Below the pieces are notes generated by a model. The model did not search any database. It was not told where the DNA came from and saw nothing but the letters and a program-made list of their open reading frames with translations. This document shows positions 19,265 through 27,574 of a stretch of DNA of 64,000 nt, one piece after another. How positions within the stretch are numbered: the first letter of the stretch is position 1; each line of letters begins with the position of its first letter. The translations under genes and the position numbers were made by a program. The DNA comes from an uncultured Bacteroidales bacterium. GTDB lineage: Bacteria; Bacteroidota; Bacteroidia; Bacteroidales; S143-33. Location: positions 2,987-66,986 of the forward strand of contig CAZYSM010000001.1 of the NCBI GenBank assembly GCA_964649975.1, in the 5' to 3' direction.

Positions 19265-20925
19265 AACGAACTGTTCATCTTCAGCAGGAATTCCTTATTA
19301 TCCTTTGTATCAAGCATGTGCTCCTGCAGGAATTCCATAGCTTCCTGCGGTGTCATATCAGCCAGAAGGCTACGGCGCAGCACCCATACTTTATTTAGCG
19401 TTTCCTTATCCAGCAATAATTCCTCGTGACGTGTTCCAGAAGCATTAACATCAACAGCCGGAAATATACGTTTGTTAGCCAATTTTCTATCCAGCTGCAA
19501 TTCCATATTACCTGTGCCCTTGAATTCCTCAAAAATAACTTCATCCATCTTGGAACCAGTATCAATCAAAGCAGTAGCAATAATAGTAAGGGAACCACCA
19601 TTTTCAATATTACGGGCAGCACCGAAAAATTTCTTTGGTTTTTCCAGAGCAGTAGCCTCCATACCTCCAGAGAGCACACGTCCACTGGAAGGTGTAATGG
19701 TATTATAAGCACGTGCCAGACGGGTAATGGAATCGAGCAGGATTACAACATCATGCCCAACTTCCACCAGACGCTTGGCTTTTTCAATAACCATCTCGGC
19801 AACAGCCACATGATGCTCAGCAGGCTCGTCAAAAGTAGCGGAAATAATCTCAGCTTTTGGCACGCTTTCCTTCATATCGGTCACTTCCTCGGGACGCTCG
19901 TCCACCAGAAGGATAATCAGATATACCTCAGGATGATTATCCGAGATAGCATTAGCTAACTCCTTAAGCAAGAAAGTCTTACCAGTCTTAGGCTGGGCTA
20001 CAATCAAGCCTCTCTGTCCTTTGCCAATAGGCACAAATAAATCAATAATACGCATTGACAGGTTATTGTGCCCATTGCCAGTAAGGTTGAATTTTTCATT
20101 CGGGAAAGTAGGGGTAAGGAAATCAAAAGCCACACGCTCGCGGATAACCTCTGGGTCTTTTCCGCAGACACGCTCCACTCTGATGAGCGGGAAGAAACTC
20201 TCATTTTCCTTTGGCGGACGGATACTACCGCATACGGTATCACCAGTTTTCAGGCCAAAACGTTTAACCTGGGACTGGGAGACATAAATGTCATCCGGTG
20301 AAGGAAAATAATTATAAGCAGCAGAACGCAAAAATCCATATCCTTCTTTACGATGTATCTCCAGCACTCCGCAATTAGTAATAACCCCAACTTCATCAAA
20401 AATTTTATTATCCTGCTTCTCCTGCTGATAGCGCTGCTGCTTGTTTTGATGATATTTTTTCTGATTATTTGAACGCTGTTGGGATTTGTCCTTAGCTTTG
20501 CGTTCCTCTGTCTGTTTCTGAGGCTGAGCCGGGGATTTCTTTTGTTCAGTAGTAGGTTCGGGTTCAGCTTTCTTGACTTCCTTTTCTGTGTCAGTCTTTT
20601 CCTTCCTGGTTTTAGGGGCGGATTCTACGGCAGAAATTTTACTATCCACATTAGCCACAAGCTCTTTTGCCTGATCCAGGATTTCCTGAGCATCTTTTAC
20701 CACAGCCTCAATCTTCGGAGTATCCTGCTTTTTAGAAGTGGTCTTTGTGGAGGATTTTTTCTTTTGCTCAATAATCTTCTCACTTTCCTTGAGGGAGGCA
20801 ACATCCAGAATCTTATACATTAATTCTTGCTTACGCATAGTAGAGATGCCCCTGATGCCCAATTCCTTAGCAATTGCCTTGAGTTCCTGCAAAGTTTTGG
20901 TTTGCAATTCATTAAGATGATACAT
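19261..20925 (-). CDS. rho: Transcription termination factor Rho with ~130-aa low-complexity N-terminal insertion
   Basis: N-terminal helical bundle, a K/E/Q/T-rich insert, then an OB/CSD-like segment (GYGFLRS) and a RecA-type ATPase (PKTGKT). The protein is 554 aa against 419 aa in E. coli. Confidence 0.95.
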   Translation of the reverse strand: MYHLNELQTKTLQELKAIAKELGIRGISTMRKQELMYKILDVASLKESEKIIEQKKKSSTKTTSKKQDTPKIEAVVKDAQEILDQAKELVANVDSKISAVESAPKTRKEKTDTEKEVKKAEPEPTTEQKKSPAQPQKQTEERKAKDKSQQRSNNQKKYHQNKQQRYQQEKQDNKIFDEVGVITNCGVLEIHRKEGYGFLRSAAYNYFPSPDDIYVSQSQVKRFGLKTGDTVCGSIRPPKENESFFPLIRVERVCGKDPEVIRERVAFDFLTPTFPNEKFNLTGNGHNNLSMRIIDLFVPIGKGQRGLIVAQPKTGKTFLLKELANAISDNHPEVYLIILLVDERPEEVTDMKESVPKAEIISATFDEPAEHHVAVAEMVIEKAKRLVEVGHDVVILLDSITRLARAYNTITPSSGRVLSGGMEATALEKPKKFFGAARNIENGGSLTIIATALIDTGSKMDEVIFEEFKGTGNMELQLDRKLANKRIFPAVDVNASGTRHEELLLDKETLNKVWVLRRSLLADMTPQEAMEFLQEHMLDTKDNKEFLLKMNSSF

Positions 20926-21232
20926 GGATTAATCCTTTATATTTTTTTGGAGATAAGAATTTATCAGATAAACGGGGTAGGCCTCAGCCTAAAAACTTGC
21001 TACAATTTTAATCAAAGAATTTAATTTACAAAAGAAATAAAAGAAAATTTTAGCATTAATCTATAAAAAAACGTCCAAACAACATAAACTCTCAGTGCAA
21101 AAACATCTTTTCTAAAAAAAGCGCAAAAGTTTACTTTTTTTTGACGAAAAATGCAACCTTTTTTAAAAAAATTACATTTATTTACATGTAATTAATTCAT
21201 AAAATTAATTCAAAATTTAAAATTTTTCAACT

Positions 21233-22087
21233 ATGAAAAGACTGAAAATCACAAAGCAAATCACAATACGAGAATCCGAAGCCCTGGAAAGATACCTCTC
21301 TGAAATAGCCAAGACCCAATTGCTTTCGCCAGAACAGGAAGCAGAACTGGCTTCCCGTGCCAAGAAAGGGGATCAAAAAGCCCTGGAAGACCTTATTAAA
21401 GCCAATTTGCGTTTTGTTGTTTCTGTAGCCAAGCAATATCAGAACAAAGGGCTCAGTTTGCCAGACCTGATCAGCGAAGGTAATATTGGCCTTATCAAAG
21501 CTGCTATGCACTTTGACGAGACCCGCGGCTTCAAATTCATATCATACGCGGTATGGTGGATACGTCAATCCATTATGCAAGCTCTGGCAGAAAAATCCAG
21601 ACAAATACGTCTGCCTGTAAATAAAATAGGGATACAGTCGCGTATCCGTCAGGTCATCAATGATCTGGAACAAAAGCTACAAAGGGAACCTTCTATTGAA
21701 GAAATTGCAGAAGCTCTGGAAGTGGACGAAAAATTTGTAAGGGAAATGCTGGAACAGGGAGAAAGTATGCTTTCGCTGGAAGCCCCTATGGGAAACGACG
21801 ACTCTGATCTGAAACTGGTTGATATACTCAGCAGTAACGACTACAGGGCTGACGCCTCTATCACAAAAGAAGAAAATAAAAGAGTCATAGATACTTTACT
21901 TAAAACACTTCCACCACGCGATGCCGAAATTATAAGAATGTATTTTGGCATAGGCAAAAGCCACAGATATACCCTTGACGAGATAGGCGCTTACTTCAAC
22001 CTCACAAGGGAAAGAGTGCGCCAGATAAAAAATAAAGCTATGCAGCAGCTTAAGAAAAAAGCAAGGGAATATCTAAATGAAGAATAA
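21233..22087 (+). CDS. rpoD: Primary RNA polymerase sigma factor (short Bacteroidota RpoD/SigA)
   Basis: Region 2 (NLRFVVSVAKQY...GNIGLIKAA..FD...GFKF.SYAVWWIRQ) and region 4 (TLDEIG..FNLTRERVRQI). Confidence 0.9.
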   Translation: MKRLKITKQITIRESEALERYLSEIAKTQLLSPEQEAELASRAKKGDQKALEDLIKANLRFVVSVAKQYQNKGLSLPDLISEGNIGLIKAAMHFDETRGFKFISYAVWWIRQSIMQALAEKSRQIRLPVNKIGIQSRIRQVINDLEQKLQREPSIEEIAEALEVDEKFVREMLEQGESMLSLEAPMGNDDSDLKLVDILSSNDYRADASITKEENKRVIDTLLKTLPPRDAEIIRMYFGIGKSHRYTLDEIGAYFNLTRERVRQIKNKAMQQLKKKAREYLNEE

Positions 22088-22093
22088 AATAAA

Positions 22094-22128
22094 AACGAGG
22101 TCGTTCTTCCTGGGCGACCTCGTTTTTA
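22094..22128 (+). terminator. Rho-independent terminator after rpoD
   Basis: 10-bp stem aacgaggtcg pairs with cgacctcgtt, followed by a T-run. Confidence 0.8.
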
Positions 22129-22332
22129 TATAGATGCAACTTTCCTTGGTCCTATATTTAAATCCCATAAAAAACTCCTCCCACCACCATCTCGCCTATA
22201 AATCTGACTATTAGACGAAAATGTTTTATTTTTCTAAAACTTACTCTCCTAAAATCTTTTAATAACCTACCTAATGGCAAAAAAATTGTTATTTTTTTTT
22301 AAAACAATACTTTTTCATTTAATAAAATTTTC

Positions 22333-22340
22333 TAAATTTG
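22333..22340 (+). promoter_or_regulatory. -7 promoter box TAAATTTG upstream of the SiaB-like gene
   Basis: Perfect match, 27 nt upstream of the ATG at 22367. This argues against the ORF-track start at 22274. Confidence 0.6.
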
Positions 22341-22366
22341 TAATTACTAACAAAGTGACAGTATTT

Positions 22367-22918
22367 ATGGACGGACAAATCACTGATTATCAGAACATAA
22401 TAGAAGAATTAAAAGCAGATATTTTTGCAATAAGTTATCTTGGAATTATAGACAGAAACCTGCTTGCATTAATGGCAAAGAACATTGACGAAAAGGCCAG
22501 TAATACTGCACCCACTGCAACAAAAAAGGTTTTTAAGGTTTTCATAGAATTATCCCAGAACATTGCTCTTTACTCTGCCGAGAGGGGGGTTAGCAGTGAT
22601 TCTTCCAACTCCGGGGAAGGTATCATTATTTTAAAAGAATTTTCTGATTATTTTCTGGTGATGACAGGAAACATGGCATACAAAAATGATATAGCTGCCT
22701 TGACGAAAAAAATTGATATGATTAATGCCATGGACCATCATCAGCTAAGGGATTTCAAACGACAGATGCGTAACCTCAAACATACAGACAAAGGCAGAGG
22801 CAATATAGGATTGATACAGGTAGCTCTGGTTTCTGGCAATCCTATAAAATATAAAATAATTCCACTTGACGACGAAAAATCTTTTGCAATTATTTCCTCA
22901 AAAATAAATAAAAAATAG
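22367..22918 (+). CDS. SiaB-family (GHKL/RsbW-like) putative Ser/Thr protein kinase
   Basis: 183 aa from the ATG at 22367. Has an N-box-like FIELSQNIALYS and a G-box-like KGRGNIGLIQVAL. It forms a 2-gene unit with a DUF1987 gene, the SiaB/SiaC arrangement. Confidence 0.6.
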   Translation: MDGQITDYQNIIEELKADIFAISYLGIIDRNLLALMAKNIDEKASNTAPTATKKVFKVFIELSQNIALYSAERGVSSDSSNSGEGIIILKEFSDYFLVMTGNMAYKNDIAALTKKIDMINAMDHHQLRDFKRQMRNLKHTDKGRGNIGLIQVALVSGNPIKYKIIPLDDEKSFAIISSKINKK

Positions 22919-22920
22919 CA

Positions 22921-23352
22921 ATGGAAAATCTTTACATTGAGGGTTCAAAAGGTATATATTTCATTCCTACGGTTAATTTTAACGCGGATACGGGAGTGTG
23001 CGAGCTCTCGGGCGAGTCTTATCTTGAGGAGACTATCAAATTTTACACACCGCTTATCCAATGGCTTGAAAGATATTTCAAAGAGGTCAAAAAGCCTCTT
23101 ACATTCAATTTCAAACTCACGTATTTTAATACCAGCTCTTCTAAATGCATAGTGGATATATTAAATCTGCTAAAACAACAAAAAGATCAGGGATACGACA
23201 TCACTGTAAACTGGTATTACGATGACTCGGTAGAAGATATAGAAGACGAACTGGAAGAGGTGGAAGATTTTATGCTGGAAACAGGACTGGAGATTAATCT
23301 CATTCCGATGAGCCAGGATAAGGATAATAAAAATCAAAAAGACGAGGAATAA
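22921..23352 (+). CDS. DUF1987 (SiaC-family) regulatory phosphoprotein
   Basis: 143 aa with DUF1987 hallmarks: IPTVNFNADTGVCELSGESYLEE...FYTPLIQWLERY...LTYFNTSSSK...WYYDD, plus an acidic C-terminus. Confidence 0.75.
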   Translation: MENLYIEGSKGIYFIPTVNFNADTGVCELSGESYLEETIKFYTPLIQWLERYFKEVKKPLTFNFKLTYFNTSSSKCIVDILNLLKQQKDQGYDITVNWYYDDSVEDIEDELEEVEDFMLETGLEINLIPMSQDKDNKNQKDEE

Positions 23353-23370
23353 TTTTCCATACTGGATAAC

Positions 23371-23400
23371 AAAAAAAGCGGCCTGACGGCCGCTTTTTTT
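23371..23400. terminator. Bidirectional terminator between the DUF1987 gene and the OM barrel gene
   Basis: A7, then gcggcc/tgac/ggccgc, then T7. Confidence 0.8.
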
Positions 23401-23401
23401 G

Positions 23402-25900
23402 TTAATATAGACCTTCACCTTCAAACTCGGACACGTCATCACCGTTTGACCTACGGTTACGCTGAGGTTTATAGTCGTTCAGCCTTATCTGCAATGTGGC
23501 GGAAATATTAGGAGAACGCATTATATAAACATTCTCGGAATAAAGATCCGGGGTTTCCACTACAGATGCAAAACGCATCCATTTAAATGGGTCACGCACG
23601 GAAAGTGTAAGAGACACCTTGCGTTTGAAAAAATCCTGACGCAGGGCCACGCTGGTCATTATAAAAGCCTCGCTGCGTCCCTGTAATGTCACAGTAGGGG
23701 CACGGTAAAAGCCTGTTAGCTGCAACCGTGTGCCAGTAGGCAACATCACCATGGTCATCAAACGGCTATTCCAAGTGACTGTTGAATTATCCACCGACTG
23801 ATTATCCACTGTGCCAATGATACGGTAGTAATAAACCGAAGAAGAAGCATTCAACATTATAAAACGCATCAAGGAAAGATTAGCTGAAATTTCAGCGCCA
23901 CCGGACATATTTTTCCCGGCATTAATCCAGGTGTTTATAATTGTGTTATTATCACCCACGGTCTGGATACGCTGAAAATCGTTCTTTGTCTGACGCCAGA
24001 ATGCATCCACGGACAAAAAAGATTTTTTGAAATATTTAACCAGGCTCAGCTCGTATGAATCCGAGAAAGCTGGCAATAGCTCGGGGTTACCCTGCTGGAC
24101 TGTATATTGGTCAATGTAAGTAGGGAACGGATTGAGGAACCATCCGCGTGGACGTCTAACGCGACGGCTATATCCAAGCTGCAGCTGAAAATTGTCGCCA
24201 AACCTGCGTGAAATATGAGCTGTTGGGAAAAAGTCAAAACGGTTAATAGTAAAATCCTGGGCAGTGGCTTTCTGGCTAACAAGCCTGTAAGTATATTCCG
24301 TGCGCAGGCCAAGTTGATAATCAAAAAGTTTCGCAAGTTTTCCGGTATAAGTAAAATAAATAGCCTGAATGTCTCTTATCATCACCAGGTCGTTAGAAAA
24401 ATCCGTAAGTTCTGTCCAATCGGCATCACCGTAACGGTCAAAAAGTTTATAATCAGATTCCATTTTTAGATAACGTCCCACATAACCGGCTTCCAGCTTA
24501 CGTCCTTGCTGAAGTGGCAGTTCATAATCCACCTGCAGACGTCCCTTGAGGCCACTACGCATCTCACGTGATTCCTGTCCGTAAGAAGCATCGGAAAGCA
24601 CATTCCAGTGGGCATCTGTTGTATCTACCAGAGTGCCATTAATACGCTGTGGCATCCAATTGGAAACGTCTATATAAGCACGGAGTTTATGTCCTTTATC
24701 GTTGAATTTATGCTCAAAGTCAATATTTCCTTGATAAAGCAGACCATCGGCCGAAGAATAACCAAACTGCTGATAATAATTAGCAAACACCAAAGCATCA
24801 TTGCGATAAAACATTTCGGAAATCTGTGTTCCGGAGTGCATGCCAAAACTCCTGTTGCCCAGAACACCATAAACAGTTAAAGTATTCTTGTCATTGATAT
24901 AATAATTAAATCCTGTTTTGGCTTTCCATCCGCCAAAACCAAACTCCATATAACCGTCAGTATTATAGCGGTATAAAGTGGTATCGGTAGTTATTTCCCT
25001 TAACGATTTAAGGTCGGCAGGACGTTTACGTTGGTGATAATCAAAAGAAACAAAGAAATTAAACTTGTTTTTCCGCAAATTAAGCAGGGCATTAACGCCC
25101 AAGGCATCATAGTTATCATAACTAAGCGAAAGCAGTCCGTTATAACCTTTTTTTCTCTGCTGCTTGGTAATGATATTGATAATACCAGCTACGCCGTCGG
25201 GGTCATATTTAGCCGAAGGATTGGTAATGATTTCAATACGGTCAATCTCCGAAGCTGGTATTTGCTGCAAAGCTTCATTTCCGTCAAGGACAGAAGGTTT
25301 CCCATTAATAAAAACAGTAAAATTGCTGCTGCCACGCAGTGTCACATTCCCCTGGATATCCACCTGCACAGAGGGGATGTTCTGCAAAACATCCACGGCA
25401 TTGCCACTGGAATTAGCCAAATCCTGGGATACGTGTATCACTTTTTTATCCACGCGATATTCCACATCTCTGGCAGAAGCAGTGACTACTACCTGGTCAA
25501 TCTGATGCATCTGCTGGCTGAGTTCAATTTTTCCAACGCGCACAAAACGTTTTTTGGGTGAGACTGCAATTCCGGTAATAATTTTTTTCTTAAATCCAAC
25601 AAATTTTACAATGAGCATATATTTTCCGTAAGGGATGTTCATCAGGACAAAACGTCCGGAGGTATCAGTGAGCTGCCCTGCTACAATGGAAGAATCCGAC
25701 ATTCTGCGCAAAGTAACAGTGGAATATGAAACAGGCTTTTGCTGTTGGTCAATTACCAGGCCCATAACAACTCCCTTGCCTGGTTCCAGCTGGCTCATCA
25801 TAGATGCATACATGGACGACTTGCCACCATGACGGGGATATTGTGCCATCAGCGCAGTAACCCATAGGAATAAAATCTGTAAAACAATTAGTCTTTTCAT
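23402..25900 (-). CDS. TonB-dependent-receptor-like outer-membrane beta-barrel protein (CarboxypepD_reg + plug + barrel)
   Basis: Signal peptide, an N-terminal carboxypeptidase-regulatory-like fold (GLVIDQQQKPVSYSTVTL...), a plug (VTLRGSS...INGKP) and a long barrel ending in an aromatic residue (…GLY). Confidence 0.8.
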   Translation of the reverse strand: MKRLIVLQILFLWVTALMAQYPRHGGKSSMYASMMSQLEPGKGVVMGLVIDQQQKPVSYSTVTLRRMSDSSIVAGQLTDTSGRFVLMNIPYGKYMLIVKFVGFKKKIITGIAVSPKKRFVRVGKIELSQQMHQIDQVVVTASARDVEYRVDKKVIHVSQDLANSSGNAVDVLQNIPSVQVDIQGNVTLRGSSNFTVFINGKPSVLDGNEALQQIPASEIDRIEIITNPSAKYDPDGVAGIINIITKQQRKKGYNGLLSLSYDNYDALGVNALLNLRKNKFNFFVSFDYHQRKRPADLKSLREITTDTTLYRYNTDGYMEFGFGGWKAKTGFNYYINDKNTLTVYGVLGNRSFGMHSGTQISEMFYRNDALVFANYYQQFGYSSADGLLYQGNIDFEHKFNDKGHKLRAYIDVSNWMPQRINGTLVDTTDAHWNVLSDASYGQESREMRSGLKGRLQVDYELPLQQGRKLEAGYVGRYLKMESDYKLFDRYGDADWTELTDFSNDLVMIRDIQAIYFTYTGKLAKLFDYQLGLRTEYTYRLVSQKATAQDFTINRFDFFPTAHISRRFGDNFQLQLGYSRRVRRPRGWFLNPFPTYIDQYTVQQGNPELLPAFSDSYELSLVKYFKKSFLSVDAFWRQTKNDFQRIQTVGDNNTIINTWINAGKNMSGGAEISANLSLMRFIMLNASSSVYYYRIIGTVDNQSVDNSTVTWNSRLMTMVMLPTGTRLQLTGFYRAPTVTLQGRSEAFIMTSVALRQDFFKRKVSLTLSVRDPFKWMRFASVVETPDLYSENVYIMRSPNISATLQIRLNDYKPQRNRRSNGDDVSEFEGEGLY

Positions 25901-25913
25901 TTTACTTTTCTAT

Positions 25914-26456
25914 TTATCGTTTTTTATTAAATCTGTAACGCTTGTGATAAAAAGGCCGGGGATTACGGATAAAATGACATAAGGTCTGCTGTTGTTTTTT
26001 ATCAATTCTCATTTTAAAATCCCTGAACATTAAAGAATTATCCACAACAAAACGGTAATGCAAATATCCTATCCTCCGGGAATAAAATTTTATAAGCATA
26101 GTATCGGGATTATCCGAACACAACAGACTATCCAATAGATGGTGGTAAATTTTTAGAGAATCCATCATGGGTCTGTGAGATCTGATAAAACTCTTCCGGC
26201 GTTGTATAAAATATTTCCTTTGTGAAGGCGAAAGCTGCAAAGAATCCATAAGCAAATTAAAAGCGCTGCGTTCTCTGTCCGGACCTCTCCAAGGTCTATG
26301 CCTGGGCCTATAAGAATTCTCCACAGGTAAAAATCTCTTAGTTCCGGCATCCACTTTACGGATATGCCAGAGGATTGAAGCAAAAGTGGCAATATTCAAC
26401 ACAGCCAGAAAAATTACTGCAACAAAAAGGATTTTTATTTTATTTTCCGTTGTCAT
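25914..26456 (-). CDS. Hypothetical membrane-anchored periplasmic protein, possibly Spy/CpxP/ZraP-like (LTxxQ-type)
   Basis: N-terminal TM helix, then a basic helical domain with an LTxxQ-like LQLSPSQRKYF. It sits within the ECF operon. The family call is weak. Confidence 0.35.
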   Translation of the reverse strand: MTTENKIKILFVAVIFLAVLNIATFASILWHIRKVDAGTKRFLPVENSYRPRHRPWRGPDRERSAFNLLMDSLQLSPSQRKYFIQRRKSFIRSHRPMMDSLKIYHHLLDSLLCSDNPDTMLIKFYSRRIGYLHYRFVVDNSLMFRDFKMRIDKKQQQTLCHFIRNPRPFYHKRYRFNKKR

Positions 26457-26467
26457 AACATTAAGTT

Positions 26468-26899
26468 TTATTGGTCCATAACCAGAGATATATTTTCATC
26501 CAGATTTTCAAAGGTATTGACCAGGCTGTCATAAGTAGCTGCCTGGTAATAATCCGTCTTTTCAGAAGCAATACTGTTAACATAAGCTCTGCCAGAGAGT
26601 GATCCGAGTAGAGCTGCAATAATAACTGAAGCAGCTATTGCCACAGCTTCCAGAATTCTCAACTTCCGGACCACGGTAGTTTGGTGGCTAATACGTTTAC
26701 TTACCCCTTCCCACATATTACCCACAGGGGTAAATTGCTTTTCCTCACGTACATAATCCAGGGCAAGGGCAAGTTTATGATATTCCTGCCTACATGAGGA
26801 ACATTTAAACAGATGTTCCTCAATTTGTTTCATTTTATCATGCGGCAACTCGTTATAATAGAAAAAAATGAGATTATTTTTTACTTCCTTGCACTTCAT
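26468..26899 (-). CDS. Anti-sigma factor (zf-HC2 type, single-pass)
   Basis: N-terminal H-x3-C-x2-C (HLFKCSSC) and a central TM helix. Its ATGA overlaps the stop of the upstream ECF sigma gene. Confidence 0.7.
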   Translation of the reverse strand: MKCKEVKNNLIFFYYNELPHDKMKQIEEHLFKCSSCRQEYHKLALALDYVREEKQFTPVGNMWEGVSKRISHQTTVVRKLRILEAVAIAASVIIAALLGSLSGRAYVNSIASEKTDYYQAATYDSLVNTFENLDENISLVMDQ

Positions 26900-27480
26900 T
26901 GCATTAATTTTAAAATATTTTTTTGGAGATTTTTTTTAGCCCGGTGCAATATAACATCAACATTACCCGGACTTATTTCCATAACCTCAGCAATTTCTTT
27001 TGAAGACATATTTTGATATTTACTCAAAACAAAAGCAATACGCTGCTTTTTTGGCAATGCCTTGATGGCTTTACGTAATATCTGAGCTAATTCTTTGTTT
27101 TCCAAGCTATCATGCGGATTTCTCAAAGTATCTTCTATCTGAATTTCTACTGAACCATCGTCATTGACACGTGTAAAAGCTGAAAGATCAGAGACATATT
27201 CCTTTTTATCCTCACGTTTGATATAATTAAGAGCGTGATTGACAGCTACCTTATATAACCACGTGGAAATTTTAGCCTTTCCTGCTTTCCATTCCGGGAT
27301 TTTTTCCCATAACTTGACAAACACATCCTGGGCAATATCCTGAGCGGCATATGTATCGTGCACAAAACCCATAATCAAACGAAAAACTTTGTTTTGATAC
27401 TTTTCAACAAAAGCCTTAAAAGCCTGTTCATCCCTGGCTTTAAGCCTTTCCACAAGTATATCTTCATTCATGCTGTCCAT
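26896..27480 (-). CDS. ECF-type RNA polymerase sigma-70 family factor
   Basis: Region 2 (DIAQDVFVKLW...) and region 4 (MSSKEIAEVMEISPGNVDVILHRAKKNL). The start is ambiguous (27519, 27480 or 27471). Confidence 0.85.
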   Translation of the reverse strand: MDSMNEDILVERLKARDEQAFKAFVEKYQNKVFRLIMGFVHDTYAAQDIAQDVFVKLWEKIPEWKAGKAKISTWLYKVAVNHALNYIKREDKKEYVSDLSAFTRVNDDGSVEIQIEDTLRNPHDSLENKELAQILRKAIKALPKKQRIAFVLSKYQNMSSKEIAEVMEISPGNVDVILHRAKKNLQKNILKLMQ

Positions 27481-27533
27481 CAGTTTCCTTATCCATTCAT
27501 TAAAACAAACGAAAATCAAATTCCTTACACTAA

Positions 27534-27569
27534 AAATAAAAAAAAGCTCCTGCCAACAGGCAAGGAGCT
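27534..27569 (-). terminator. Rho-independent terminator after the PP-loop gene
   Basis: On the minus strand, agctccttgcc/tgtt/ggcaggagct (one bulge) is followed by T8+. Confidence 0.7.
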
Positions 27570-27574
27570 TTTAA

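Noticed and set aside
21151-21195. 14-codon mini-ORF (MQPFLKKLHLFTCN) in the rho/rpoD spacer as a possible leader peptide.
   Set aside because: It has no upstream promoter box or recognisable translation signal, no regulatory codon run, and is of a size expected by chance in AT-rich sequence.
22274-22366. 31-codon N-terminal extension (MAKKLLFFFKTILFHLIKF…) of the SiaB-like ORF, which looks like a signal or TM segment.
   Set aside because: It is encoded by a T-rich intergenic tract that contains the TAAATTTG promoter box (22333-22340). The homologous kinase-like region starts after the ATG at 22367.
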